This document shows, piece by piece, positions 12,325 through 27,100 of a stretch of 64,000 nt of DNA; position 1 is the stretch's first letter, and the number at the start of each line of letters is the position of its first letter. Origin of the DNA: Monocercomonoides exilis PA203 (taxonomy: Eukaryota > Protista > Preaxostyla); NCBI GenBank assembly GCA_001643675.2, contig LSRY02000007.1, forward strand, positions 496,001 through 560,000, written 5' to 3'. The notes below the pieces were generated by a model. It was not told the DNA's origin and made no database searches. It saw only the letters and a program-made list of their open reading frames with translations. Position numbers and translations under genes: made by a program.

Positions 12325-15300
12325 TTAAGGAGTGATTGGAAATGAGTTGATTGCAAATACATCGGAGCGCTGTTGACCTCCGCTCGAAAACTCTATTCGC
12401 CCTCGAAGCATCGTTGGATGCTAATAAATTGAAAGTGATTGAAGGAAAATTGTCATTACGAAAATGAAAGAAGGTTAAATTGAGTCAAATGAGAATAATT
12501 TATTTTAATAAATAAATAAACATCGCAATAATTATAAATTTCAATAAAAATAATGACTGAAATCAAACCTCAGCATCTCTTATGTGCTCCAGCTTAATTG
12601 TCTGCACAATCGAATTTCCCGAGTTTGCCAGCAGAGCCGTCGCAGTCACAGGCAGCAGCGTCTTCGTGATGTATTTGGGGCAAGCAACCTGAAACACAAA
12701 GCGGTCGAAGTTCTCAGCAGTGACATTTCTGAATGTGAAGCGGCACCACAGCACAAACACATTCGCTGCCCCGCCAGCTGCCAACGGAGATGCCTGTGCC
12801 TCAGCCGGCGAGCCGAGCTTGCATTCCATCAGACCTGTGATGCCATTCTGATTGTAGACAACAGTCGATGGCTCTGCGGGGGCATTCACTACAGCCATTG
12901 GGGTGGCCATCATTGGAAGGGTGGCAAGTGCAGGGTTTGGTGAAGCAGAAGAAGGAATGGCAGAAGGAGCAGGAGATGTCATGATTCGCAGAATGTCATT
13001 GACAGCGTCAGATTTGTTGGTGGATGGTGGAGTTGATGTGGATGTAGCGGGAGAGGTTGAGAGAGCATTCAAAACAGAAGAAGACGGTGAAGCAGAAGGA
13101 GATTGTGTTTGTGAAGGGAAAGAGGAAGGTGATAAAGAGAAAGCAGGGGCGAGCAGAGGATTGGCAGGAGGCGAAGAAACAGGGCTGGCTGTGACACCAA
13201 ATGATGACAGATCAATCAGCGTGTCTGAAGCATCGCTCGCAGCAGCAGGTTGATTTGTGTCTTTTCTTGCTGTTTGTGTGGAAGTGGCACTTTCTGGCTG
13301 AGCATTTGCTGTTTTCCCTTCTCCTTCATCTTCTTCTTCGTACTCGTCATCGTCTTCCTCATCCTCTTCCTCGTCTTCATCATCGTCTCTTGCATCTGCT
13401 GCTCCCAACCCCGATGCCTCAGCCCCATCTTCACCCGAATTCTGCGCATCCGACATGCCAAACAGCATCCCCAGCTGGTTCTTCTCCACTTTCGGCATCC
13501 GCTTCATCACCCGCGCACACAACACCCCGTTGTCTGCCTGCCCCAGCGCCATCATCTCACACGCCGTGTCCTGCACGTAGCTTTCTGGGTCTGAACTGTA
13601 CTTCGCAATCACCCCCAGCACCATCTCGCGGAACACCCGCTGCTCCTCCTCGCTGCCGAACCACATCTGCTTCGACATGATCTTTCCGAGGCTGAGCAGC
13701 GCAGCCCCAGCAATTTCACTGGGGACTGACGAGACAGCAGACGACGAAGAGTCCAGAATGCCGCTCAAAACATCCACCACGTCGAAGCAGCTGAGCGGGA
13801 TGACCACGTTGCGCTCTTCCATTCTTATGCTGCTTTCGGACTCGCTTTCGTTTTCTCGTTCGGATTTTGGTTTGGATTCGCCAGACACATCGCTCTCCTT
13901 CACCATCACTCTCTCCCACACTTCGATCCCGTTCCTCTTCTTCCTCCTCTCCAGCTCTTCTGCACTCAGATTTCCATTCAGAATGCTCAGGCTGTCTTTC
14001 CCCACAAGCAGCTCGCAGTATTCGCCCACACACCACACCGCAATCCGAAGGAGCGCCTCGTCTGACTCGAAAATGGGCACATCTTTCATCGACGCCAGCG
14101 ATAGCAAGGGATGTTTTGTGGATGGAATGGAGGCATCTGATGTTTGATGGGAATGCAGTTGGTGGGATTGGGAGTAAGGAGAGAGGGGTTAATGATATGA
14201 AGTGGTTAATCAATAAAGATATCAAAGTTATTTTAAAAAAATGAAAGAGAAAAAAGAAAATGTGAATATTATTAATTATTAATAATAAAATACAAAAAGT
14301 TTATTTCAAAAAAAAGCAAACCATTTGCAGTAGAGGCAGATGTTGAAGTCAGATAAGAAGGCACAGGGAAAGGAAAGCGAGGCGCTCCGTACGAGTCAGC
14401 CGGCGGGACACCACCAAAAAGGGAAGAAAGAGAAGGAAGGACCATCTGAGCAGCAGAAGAGGCAGTTGAGGAAGAAGAGAAAGAGGAATTGGAAGAATGT
14501 GCAGATCGTGAGCCCGAAGTTGTGTTGCGGCGGAGAGAAGAGCCAGAAAGAGAAGAAGAGGAAGAAGAGGAAGAGGAAGAGGAAGCAGCAGCAAAAGTAG
14601 AGAGAGAATACAAATCAGCGTCGGCGGAAAGGCCGCGTGTCTTCTTCTCTTTGGCGTTGAAAGCGCGTGAGGAGCGGAGGATGATGAGGTAAGTGAAGAG
14701 CCGATGGACAGCAAAGCGCTGACAGCCTGGCCGAGACAGAATGACAGCCATCAGAGCAGAGATCGCCTCTTCGGGGACACACCGGCCGGAAATGAGAAGA
14801 ATCTGATTGAGAGAGGAATTCATGTGAGGAGAAAAATGAAATTGACATGAGACAGAAGATTGAAGGAAATTGACGGTGAGATGAAGAATAGTTTGATAAG
14901 AAACAATTTTATTTATGTTGTTCAATTCGAAAAGAAAGGGAAAACAAAGAGAAACATGGAAAATATATGAGAGAATTTTCAAAGTCACAAAGATTATTTC
15001 AATCATTCAACATATAAAATATGGAAGGTAATAAAAAAATAAAATAATGGTTTGAGTAATAATTTAGGAAATAATGCCAACCTGCATAATGGCATCAATA
15101 AGCCAACGTGCTGACGGGAAGTATTTGTAACAGATTTCACACAGCATCTGAGTCATTTCTCCTTTCGTTCCTTCATCCGACGCAGCAAGATGAGACAAAA
15201 GAAGAGGAAACTAAAAAGTAATAATTAAAGAAAAAGCACAAATATATATATGCAATATATATTCCGAATAACCAATTGAAAACGATGTATATTAATATTG

Positions 15301-17211
15301 TTTTTGCCAAATAAAATTCTTGAAAAACAATTGTATCATAAAATCTTCACTAAAAATCTTTTGTCAGTTTTGTTTATTCTCTTTCTCTTTCTCTTTCTCT
15401 TCTTTCAATCATCATCACACCATCTTTGGAGTGTTTGTTGCATCTGCCATCTCTTTCACAATAAACATGGCTCGCTTTCTGATTGAATCATCTGATTCTG
15501 TCAGGCAATGAATAATTGAGTCACGATGACGCTGGATAACAACACGATCTGTTGAAGGAGAGAGAAGGGGGAAGTAGCATTCATTCAAAGCAGACATATT
15601 TAACAAATTTCAAAGCAAGAGAAGAAAATTGCACGACAAAAGCAGAACGCAATGAAAAAAAGACATGAAAAAATATATTAGTGAAGATAAAAGAGAGGGT
15701 GAAAAGTTAATATGAACAAAGTTTATTACCAGATCGGATGTCTTACAAACCATGAAACACAACTTTGCTGAGCAAAGAGAGTGCCACATATCGTGAATTG
15801 TTATCTCGTCTCGAAAGAAATCGAAGCAATGTTGTTACACCAAGCGTTCTTAGTGCCTATAGAAAATGCAAAGGATAAAGAAATTGCATAATGGAATATT
15901 AAAGAAATTTCAGTAAATGCAATTATAATTCAAAAAAATAAATTAACGACAACTTTCAATTGAATAAAAGATTATGTTATTAAAATTTCTTCATCAAAAT
16001 ATACTCAACTAAACAATTTTGTAAAAGCACACCATATCTTGACTAATTGCGAGGATGGTATAGACGCACTCGTAAAGAACAGCTGAGGCTGCAGGAGACG
16101 TTCCGGATTTTTCGGCGGCAGTGTTTGTGGCTATTTGTGCTAAAACATCGCTTGTGAGTCCAACGCAGTCAGGAGATCGCGTGCACAAAGCACGGATGCA
16201 CTGCAGAAGTTTCACTTGTAGAAATGGGTCGGTCACTCCTCCGACATCATGTTGGGCAGTTGTGGATGCCATTAAAAGTGCACGCAACGCACGAACTAAT
16301 ATTTGAACTAACGTCTGAATAGAACAAAAAGTCACACGAAAACGAACATAGAAAAAGCAAATAATAAAAGATAATTTCATCCAATAAAAAAATTTACTTG
16401 CGAATAACAAATGATACCTTTATCCTGGATATGATCAATTCAGGGACAAGATTATTTAACTCAAGAAGAAGCGCACATGAGCAAATAACAACAGCGTGAG
16501 AGCGTTCCCCAAGTAAATCAGCAATTTTCGGCGCAAAAATTTCAGCAAATGATGAGTCTTTTCGAATAGCTTGAACAGAGCATAGAACTGCCTTTTTTCT
16601 GATGAAAGTGTGAGGATGTTTCAAGCATTTCTCTAAATCTGGAAGCAGCTGACGATACATATCGGCATTCGCAATTCCAGAAACGGCCATAAGAGCCAAA
16701 GAAATAGTAAAATTGTTTGGTGATATCAAATCAGAATGAAGTGAATTTGGAAGCAGGGGAAGAAGTTCATCAGATTCATCTAACAAAATCCCAAGAATAA
16801 GGTAGCCAAGACGTTTTTCATAAAATTTATTTGAAGCGACTAGTTTAACTGCTTCAACTATAAATAAAAAGCATTATCATTTGCCATATAACCAAAAATA
16901 AACAAACAAAAATCATTTGAAACGAAAAAATGTGAAAAAGATAAAATAAAAAGATCAGATGAAGCAAGCCTTTCACAAAATGCGCTTGATAACCAATTAA
17001 ATGCATAAACAAGCATTTGACAACATTGCGATGAGCCAGACGATTTTTTGGATCCTTAAATGTTGTTCTCATGTTTGCAGATTCTCGAGAAATAATCTCT
17101 CGCTCTTGTGCAGAAGTTTCAGCACTTCGAACTTCTAACACAAATTCTCTAAAATAGATGTCCATAAGCTTAAAAGAAATGAAAAAATCCAAACCTAAGT
17201 GTAAAGCTCAT
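12325..17211 (-). CDS. AP1G1: AP-1 adaptor complex gamma subunit (gamma-adaptin), multi-exon
   Basis: MSFTLREFVLEVRSAETSAQEREIISRESANMR, EKRLGYL, FIRKKAVLC, HDVGGVTDPFLQVKLL, VIQRHRDSIIHCL..DDSIRKRA, IAVWCVGEYCELL, an acidic/Ser hinge, and an ear domain (FVFQVACPKY). Confidence 0.93.
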
Positions 17212-18757
17212 ATTCAGTACGAATAATATTTCAATTTTGATCATTCGAATTTGTCTATTTTTTATATGTCAACTTTTTTTTGAAACACATTTAATGATCT
17301 AGATTAGGAAAATCACGGTACAACTTTGTCAAGAGAATAATAAATAATTTGTCCCCAAAAAAAGAAAATACGTCTTTCATAATGTGAATAATTTTAGTTT
17401 TTCTCAATTCGTTCTTAATCTTCGGGAAAGATTATTTTTTTTTTAATTTTGATATTACATATCCTTAAAAAGGCATTCATTAAAACCATTTACAAATAAT
17501 TTTTATTTTCTTTTATGAATTCTGCCCTTTTTTTTGAAAGTGAGTTTTTCCATTGAAAAAACTATGATAATTCACAAAGAAACATAATAAAATACAATAC
17601 AATGTAATGTAATATAATTAAGAATTAAGAATAAAGAATAAAGATGTGGAATGAAAAGTCAAATGAATAAATGCTGAATATTTTCAAAGTTTATTAAAGT
17701 TGGAAGACTTGTTGTCATGACGTGAGAGTCAACACCTTCACTTAGAATGATCTTTCATAAAAATTTTTCAATAATGCAGAAGAGAAAGTTCGTTGCATTT
17801 CAATATCACCATCAACTTTTGTTTGTCCTATATTTTTCTTTATAATAATAAATATGAAACAATCGAAAATTTTTCGGGAGAACAAAAAAGAAAGCTATGT
17901 GGTATTCTTTTTTGAAAAGTCGCGAATGTTAAAATCTATATAAATAATCAGTTTCACTTGAATATCAAATTTCTGTTCCCGCTAGCTTGACTTATCTTGA
18001 ATGCGTATGTAAGTATTATCAAGAAATAACTTTTATTTAAAAAATGTTTCTTGAGAGTGAACAAAATTTTGATTAGAATATGAAATCACTTTTAATTTGA
18101 AATTCTAATGTGTACAACTTCCAAAAAAATTACACACATGCTGATTCATTGGAAATATTTTTTGCGTTATCAAAAATTGTTTAAACGTTCATAAATATGA
18201 ATTTTTAACATGTCCGAAAATTGTCTGTCATTATATTATTGTTTCGATTCTCTCCTTTAATGTCACAGAGGTTTCACGCTCATATATAATTTGGTGAGAA
18301 TGCGAATAAAAGCGAAAATAACTTTCTAATAAAATAACATTTTTGTACAGACAAATGGGGCGAATTTTATTTTTTTATGAAAAAAAACCGTGTTTCGTTC
18401 CAATCTTTTTCTCCATCATATCATTGTTAGTCAAACATTCATTTGTTGAATAATGAAGAAAATAAAAAATAAAATAAATAAATAAATATGAAAATTAAAA
18501 AAAAAAAGAAATAATTCAACGGAATTGATTACAAAATGTCAAAAAATTCAGTCCCTAATACAATTATCACAAAAAAATATATGTTACATATATGTAATTT
18601 TCTTACACTTACTGATGTGAGCTAACTATTTTAAATGTATTAGATTTTCTTTTGAAAGAACTTTTTTGATTTTCAAACGAAGTTATTCAATAAGTATTAT
18701 TATTTATCTGATCAAATCTTTTGTTGGAAAGTTAAAATAAAAATTTTAAAACAAGCA

Positions 18758-19951
18758 ATGTCTTTATCTATAGGAAAAATATCAGTTGAAAACTCAAAGA
18801 TATCATCCCTTTTATCGTCTCGCCGTGTTTTTACCATTGTGGGCGGGGGAAACAAAGATACGAAAACAACTGATCGACCAGCACCAATGGGAATGCCCAT
18901 GCCACCGCGACCCTGTTACAACGGATGTCATAATAATAGGCGCTGCTTCTTCGAAACTAGAATCAACATCTTACAGAAAAACAATTCCCAATTCAGTTTT
19001 AATAGAGAACAGGTTGAAAGTACCAACAAAGTATTTTCATAAATGCCCAAAAAGTTTTGCTGAAAAAGATAAATCACCTTTAAATTGCGATATTGAAGAG
19101 TATGAATACGGAGAAAGTTTCGTTCATTTGAGTCTTCCAAAGCGAATCATTATCAGCAATTTGTTTGCTCATTTAATAAATATCTCAATTATCTTATTTT
19201 ATCCTTAATTTAAATATTTCACACAAGGGATTTTGATTTGATTGTCAATAGCTCTGATATGGCGCTATTTTCAAAGTGCTTTATGAGCACAACTTCATCC
19301 ATGTTCATTCAAAGCATATTTCAGGCAGTTGTCCCTTTCCATCTATTTTCTTTCACATTGTTTGTACATCATTTACGTTTATCTGTGAACGTTTTTGTAA
19401 TAACTTTGCTTAGAGGAGCGATTCAGTTGATGACATTACCAAATGCAGGTGGACATAGCGAAAGATCGGAAGCACTTTCATTTGAAGTGCTTCATCGAAT
19501 ACTCGGATGCGAATTGTGCAAAGCTGAGATGGAGATAAAGTACCTCAGCCCAAATTGGAAGAAAACTGACTATCTTATACAACTCCGCTCGCACAAGGTG
19601 GCAGTATCTGTAACAAGAGCTGTTGGTTTGGCTATTTTAAAATAACGATGTATTTTAAATAAGATTTATTCCATTGTTAAAAATGTTACGTAAGGCTATC
19701 CCAATCCACAATTTTTTGATGAGTCTGCGGCGGTGGAGCTATTGAAGAAAAAATTAAGCGGCATATGCATTTCGTCACTTGGAGTTGTTGACGAAGATAA
19801 ATGGGAAAGACAAATTTTGCACATTTTCACACAAACTCCGCAAGCAGCAACTTATTTGAAGTTTGCTTATCATTCATTACCTCCAATTTTGAGAGGAAAC
19901 ACAATTGTGATTTGCACTGTTGCGGGCAATCATAAATGGATTTTCTCTTAG
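18758..19951 (+). CDS. AAC4-like protein (Dictyostelium AAC-rich mRNA clone AAC4 family), multi-exon; 5' end uncertain (possibly 18536)
   Basis: LPNAGGHSERSEALSFEVLHR..CKAEMEIKY..KKTDY..VAVSVTRA..LLKKKLSGI..WERQILHIF matches my recollection of the AAC4 family core. Confidence 0.7.
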
Positions 19952-20461
19952 CTGGAGTTAATTATATTGTTTGAAATATATTTCCTTTGAAATTTAAGGA
20001 AAAATATTGAAAATTTATTTTTTGATAATATTTTATGAAATTTATATCATTTTAGAAAATATTTTTTACAGTGGAATATTTAATTTGAGAATCACATACA
20101 CCTTTAATAATTTCCTTTTGCTTTTGCTTGAATTTCAATAAACAAACAAATACATATTTTGTAAATGGGATAGAATTCTTGCATTTATGAAAAATTCAAT
20201 GATTTGTTCCAAACTTTTCTGAAAGAGAATTTTAATAATTCTGACATTTTCATGGGGAAAATGTACAAATATTATACAGTTGAGAAAAATATTTGAAAGT
20301 GCTGCGTGGAACAAAATTCATAAAGTCAAAAAATTCTTATAGGATGTTATTTTTAGGGCCCATAAGATTTTTTATTGATACCAAATTATTTTGGAGATTT
20401 TTCATATAAATTTTGAAAAAGCTTTCCTAATTTTGGACATAATTCCTAAAATAAAATTTCA

Positions 20462-23400
20462 ATGGCGCAAGAATGCCCGAATTGTGGACAGTTAATTGAG
20501 TACAATTATGACATGCATGTGATATTTTGCACAAGAAATTGTATTCGTTGCCCAAAATGTTCTGATGTCATAAGAAAAGAAGTATCTGACTTTACTTTTG
20601 TGAAATAATTTAATTATTTCATTTCAAATTTAGGAATTTGATGAACACAATTTAACTGTCCATAAAGAGGTTAGAATTTGTTCTTTAATTGTCATATTTT
20701 ATTTATTGAATTTTGCACATGACTTTATTTTCACAAGATCCAATGTGAAAAATGCGGAAAATTGATTGACTCTTATTTCATGGAACAGCACGAGTTGGAG
20801 GAATGTGAAAGAAGGATTGTTGGAAAATGCCCATATTGTCAATTAGAATTAATTTCTGAAAACCAAAAACGTATGCATTTCATAAATATTACTTTTTGCA
20901 TTCAAAATCTCAAAAATATCACTTTTTCAAAGAGCACATTCAAGAATGTGGATCAAGAACTGACTTGTGCGAGATTTGCGGAGAAAGGGTCATGCTCTCA
21001 GACATGGAAGCTCATATCGAATCAAACTGCAAAGGATTTTTAACAAAGAACGTAGCAGAAAAAAGTCAAGAGGATAGAAAAACAGATGGATACAGGCCCT
21101 CTCCTGCAGAAATTCACTTGGATAATCTTCGTGCTATTTCTCATCGTATGCTGCAGTTTATACTTTAAAAAGTAATTCATACTTTTTTTGATGCTTACGC
21201 ATTTCATTTCGTGAACTTTATTTATTTATTTATTTGTCTCGTTATTTCGAATAAACGAAAATGGATGATTTTTCTATCAAAAATAATTATTATTCAAAAA
21301 TTAATGCAAACATATCTCAACAAACACAGAGGACTTTTTTGGGATGGCTCCCGACGGCCACATCTATGATCCTTCAACAGGCAACACCGATGCAATTCCT
21401 CCTTCTCCTTCTGATCTTTCAGCCTCATTCATGTCGGCGCTGATGCAATCATCTCAGCCAACATATCCTGAATCTTCCTCTGATGACTCGTCGCTAATAT
21501 TTTTGTGTCCGATCTGCTGCAAAGCCAGCTACAGCAGCGCGTATCAGACTGTGAAGCACATGGAAGGCGACTGCCCGATGAAGGAGATGAGAGCAGAAAT
21601 ACAGGCGCTACAGCAAGGCAAGAAACTGCTGCCAATTTTATTCATGCTTGATGAAAAGGGGGAGCGATCAATGATCCCTCTGGAAGTCGAAGAAGTGGAA
21701 AAGTTGATCGAAGACGAAAAGCAAGAGGAAAAGATAAAGAAGTTTGGCTCTTCTTCAACCAAACCCAAAACACAGCCATCCATTTCTGATTCTACGCGAA
21801 GGCGCGAAAAAGAAAGGGAAGCTCGCCCATCTGCTTTGAAATCAGATGCTCGACTGAAAGAAGCAGAAAACCTGGAAAATTCGATGAGCATGAAGTCGAA
21901 GGCGTTGGAATGGGGCTTGTCAACAATGGCGTTGAGAGAAGGCATTGCTGCGGAAAAAATGTTTTTTGGGGATTCAGAATTAGGTGTGGCAGGCTTTTTT
22001 GGTTGCGAAAGAGAAGAAATATCGACGAAATGCGCAACACGAAAGTGCTGCTATTTTTTATTTTTATTTTTATTTTTCTTTCAAAAATATTGAAATTAAC
22101 CTTTTTTTTTGAAAACATTTGCACTTTCTATGTTACAATTCAATTTGACAACTCTTCAAAGATACGAGCAAAGGAAGCGATTCAGACCCTTTTGCTTCCT
22201 CCCTTCTCACACCGCCAAATAACCCTTCTTCACACGCACAGCAACCACCTGCACAGCAAAACCAGCCATTTCAGCCATTTCAGCCATATCCTGATGTTCC
22301 TGATTATTCTGATGGTTCACATGAGAGAAGCAGAGAGGAGCAGTTAGTTTTTAACAGCCAACGTTCAATTGATGACCAAGACAGCGCAATTGCAGAGATG
22401 TCCGGAATAGACGCGGAAGAACTACGCAGGCAAAAAGAATTGATACAGCATTATGAAAGAATGAAAAGTATGAATGATACATTTATTAGCTCTTTATTTG
22501 ACTTGTTTATTTTTGACATTCTTTATCTTTTCATTCATCTCATTGCTATTTCTTTTTGTGTTTGTTGCAGAATTGAAAGAACAGAGGCATAAGCTTATCA
22601 CATCATCATCATCATCATCATCATTGTCATCATTATCATCATCAAAAGAAAGAAATCGCTCTCATTATGAATCACAATACAAAAAAACAGATTTTGCCAG
22701 TCACAGCAAGGCTTCTATTCAACAGTCCAAAAACTTGCCTTCACATTCTCCATTTTCCTCATACCCTTCTCCCGATCCCTCAAAGCCAGCCGGCTCTTTT
22801 GCAACCGCTCCGCCTACCTTTTCATCACGCGCTTCTTCTTTCAACGCAGGTTCTCATTCATCCGCTGTCCATCCACAACCCTCCGAACCTTCTCAAATCA
22901 CCCGCAAATACGACGCTTATGCTGAACATCGCATTTCAATCAGAGAAGACAGAGAGTCTCAAGGCGCCCAATCCTCACGTGCTCCTATTTACTCCCCAAA
23001 GCAGATGATCCACTCTGTTCATCAGGCAAAATCTCCTCCAACTCGCGTGGAGTTGCCACAGCCACGCAACAATCACATAACTGGGCAAAGAAGTCACACA
23101 GATGCATATGCACCTGCAACTTCATCAACTTCTTCTTTTCCGTATTCTTCTTCTTCTTCTTCTTCTTCTTCTTTAGCTTCTTCTTCCATTTCATCCTACT
23201 TAAACATCGTAAATCATGTTTCCACAGCCAATCCTCCAGGCCAGTATCAAGCAAAGCAGCCCCAAACTCGCCTTCAACCGCCTCCGCTTCCATCATACGT
23301 AAAACCTTACTTGCCAAACCAAAGCACATCCAAAGCAGCTTCATCTGGTGCTTCTCGGTCTGTGTCACTAAACAGACCGTCCTATAATCATGGTCGCTTT

Positions 23401-23703
23401 GGCAATCGAAGTAGTATTGGATCATCGAGGCAATCGTCAGATATTCATTCTTCATCTTCTTCTTTCTCAACTTCTTCTTCTTCTTCTTCTTCTTCGGCAT
23501 CGAGAACAACACCAAGAAAAACTTCTTCTTCTTCTTCTTTCACTTCCTCTTCCTCTTATTCTCATCCTAATTCAACTGATGACTATTTGGGAATGCGTCC
23601 AAGAACTTGTGCTTCAAAAGCTCAACAGCTTCCACAGAAAACACCATATAAAAGCTTGTCATCTTATGGCTTGACAAATAAGCCAAGGAAAGAATGGAGA
23701 TAA
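20462..23703 (+). CDS. TRAF-type zinc-finger protein (XAF1/TRAFD1-like N-terminus) with Ser-rich tail, multi-exon
   Basis: ATG 20462 MAQECPNCG..HVIFCTRNCIRCPKC; CEKC..HELEEC..KCPYC; EHIQECGSRTDLCEICGERVMLSDMEAHIESNC; CPIC..HMEGDC. Several short AT-rich GT-AG introns. Confidence 0.8.
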
Positions 23704-24140
23704 TAAATGAATGATTTCAGATTTCATTGGAAAAATAAAAATAATAGCAACGAGGAGAATTTTTGTGAATGTGAAGTTTTCTTATTCAAAAAGAAAAATT
23801 TGTATATTTTGTTATTTATTTATTTATTTTATTCCCACCTTTTGATGGATTGTTTTTTTTCTTTCACTGAACTTCTTTTGGCTGAAGTTTATTATTTAAA
23901 TCTTTTGATAATATAATCTTTTGACAATTTTGTGCTTCATCTCTTATTCACAAAAAATTTGAAAAAAAAAAAAAAACAGAATATTTTGATGAAAATTCTC
24001 ATTATTTTATTCAATTGAATGAAATACACAAATAAACGAATAAGCTTAAAAAGAAAATAAAAAGAAAATATAAAATTGAAAAATAAATACATTTCACAAT
24101 TGTTTCTCTTCTTCGTTTCATGATATTTATTTGTTACAAG

Positions 24141-27100
24141 TCAAGAGTCATCCAACTCGTCCCAGCTCATCCGGAAAACCATCGACGGTTTTTGCGTTGG
24201 CGTTGATGTTGAAGCTTTGTTCTGCTGCATCTTCAGCGAAGAACCCGACGAGGACATCATCGATGAATGAATGCTGCTTTTCTTCTGTTTGGATGCCTGA
24301 GGAGTGGACAAAGGGTGGTCAGGCTGTCTGCTCATCGAAAGAGTGCCCAGTGAAAAGTGCTGGTGTGTTCCTGTCTGAGGAGTCAGCAGCTCCGATTCTG
24401 AGAGCTCAAAAAGCTGCGTCGAGCATTCGTCGAGCAGGCTGCTTCCACTTCTGTCGTTCTTCGCAGAATGCATGTTCTCTTCAAAATCTGCTGGAGAGTC
24501 GATTGTTTGAGGGGATTTGTCGTTGGCTGCTTGTTGGCTTTGTGTGATTGGCGTGCCAGTGCTCATTTGCAGCTTATCTGATTGGTATGGTAGAGTTGCA
24601 CTGTCAGGAGTCGAAGAATGGATTGGCGATGGGAAATGCTGAAGTGTGGAAGAGTGAGGAGGTGTTTCAAGAAGCAAAGAGGAAGAGAAGGAAGAAGAAG
24701 AAGAAGATTGCGGTGAAGTGTTTAGATGATCTGAGTGAGATGGCGGTGAAGTGGAAAGTATTGGTGAATAAGAATGGCGATTGGGAGAGTGTGCAGAGTG
24801 ATGTGAAGTTTGAGAGCGCAAATGCGAATGTGCACGAGAACGAGGTACATCAGCGTCTAAAGGAGGAGAAGAAGGAGAGAAAATATTTGTATCCGCTTGC
24901 GATGGAAGAGGCGGAGAGCAAAGCAGCGAGGGAATGGTGTCTGTTGAATGAAATGATTTTGAAGAGCTGAAAGAAGAAGTGATGGATGTGGCTGTTTTGC
25001 TGGATGAAGAAGACGAAGTTGAAAATGATGAGGAATTCGAAGCGATAGAAGCAGTATCATCAGAATCAGTTGACGACGATGATGTGGATGAAAAGGAAGA
25101 GTAAGTGGAAGAAGAAGAAGCAGATAACATCGATTCCTTCGAATCTGAATGCGACAAAGCGGAATCAGCTGTTGATTCACTCGAACTGCTTTCAGATTTT
25201 TTAGGGGAAGAGTGGTGCTTTGAAGAATGACGATGGCTGCGATGATGACGATGATGGCGATGCGAGTTATGGGAATGATGTGCTTTTTGAGTGGAATTTT
25301 GTTGCACATGCAACGTAGTAGAAGAAGAACGAGATTCTTCTGTTCGTTTTTGCTTTGTTGGCATTTCTGTGGAATTTTGGCGCAGCTTAGAAACGTTAGT
25401 ACGTACTTCATTGGTATTGCCTTCAATTGACGATAATTGTGAATTATTTTGCAAGGCTTCATTTTGCTCAGTGCCTTCATCTTTGAAGCTTGAACATTTT
25501 GTGGATGCCTCTTTAGACTTTGCGCTTTCATCAGTTTTATTTGATCCTTTTATCTTTTCTGCTTCAATTCCTTGTCCTTGTCCTTCCTCTTCCTCTTCCT
25601 CTTCATATTCTTCATATTCTTCGTATTCTTCCTCTTCCTCTTCCTCTTCCTTCTTTGTTTTCTGTATTTCACCTCCTTCCCCATTCATCTCTGGCTGATA
25701 TTTCTCGCTTATATTCTCAAATGACTCCATCAAAGATTTAATAACTTCCTGTTGCTGCGACTTCACAAACCCATCGCTAAGGCAAGACAGCTCAAATAGA
25801 CTCATTTCATTGTCATCTTCGGTCGAATCACTCAAACTCGTTTCCACTTTGTTCGCTGTTCCAGCTGATGGCTGGCTATCCAATCCTTTTTTGCCCTTCT
25901 TTTTTCTTCTCTCTTCCAAAATTGTTCTTTCATTGCGTTTCTTCGCTTTTTCTCGTTTTCTTTCTTGCTTCAATCTCTGCTTTTCTTCAACAACAACTTC
26001 TTCAATTTCTAGTGCTTCTTTTATCCATTCGGCTGATCCTCGTCGAGTCTTTTGCGACTCAATTTCAGCTTTCTCAGAATTTGACTTGTTTCCTTCTTTT
26101 ACTCTTTCATTTACTCTTTTTTCTTGATCCACTTGTAATGCATCTATCGGTTCAACATCTGCGAATTCCTTGTTGTTTGCTTCTGCTCTTATTTGTTCTT
26201 TAAAATAAGTTTTTTCATTATCATCACTTTGCTTTAACAATTGCCTTCTTTCTTGAATTGCCATCATCTTTTCTTTGTCATTCCTATGCAATATCTGATG
26301 TCTTACTCTGTCGTCTACTTCATTTTTTACCACTGTCTTGTTACTTCTTCCTGTTTGAACAGAAAATGGCTCAATTCGAGGACGAGGCTTTTTCTTTGGG
26401 TAGATCACTTTTGGCGATGCAGTGACGCGCGTTCGAGGAGTAGACTGGATTTTGCGAGGAGATGAAGGCGTTGATGAGGATTTTGGACGGCTGGCTGCTG
26501 AAGGAGAAGGGAAAGGAGTGGCTAAAGGAACAGATGAAGTGGATGAAGACAATGAAGATGACTGAGAAATGCTCAGACTGCGTCGATGTTTCATAACAGT
26601 TGTCTTGCTTTCATTTTGAAAATCAGCAAATTTTGAGCGTTGAAGTGGAGTGCTCCGAATAGGCAAAGCATTTGTCCTATTCGAAGGCTGCATCCTGTCC
26701 ATGTTTTGATAGCGAGAATTTATTGTGTCAGAAGCAAATGATCGGAGTGGAGTGTGTGTTGCTGCAATATGCTGCTGCAACTGTTGTTGGATTTTTGTGT
26801 TAGTTTTTACAAGTACTGGCTGAAACGGAGTTGAAAATGACTGTTGATTTACAGGTTGGCTGTTATTATGTACTCCAGAATTATAAATTGAAGATGATGC
26901 AGAGGAATAAGGAGTTGCAGAAGAAGAAAGCGGTAATGAAGCTTCATCTCTTTCAGAGGAATCCAACAATCGAGCAGAAGTTTTATATGAAATGATTTTT
27001 GGAAAACCAGATTTATTTGCAATCAAATCCATTTGCGATGGAGTGCTTTTTTCGAATGTGAATCCAATTTTTGAAGGAGTGTTTGCTGTCTGGAAAAGCA

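Noticed and set aside
17212-18700. ncRNA or gene in the long intergenic gap
   Set aside because: Very AT-rich, with no tRNA or snRNA-like pattern or credible ORF visible by eye.
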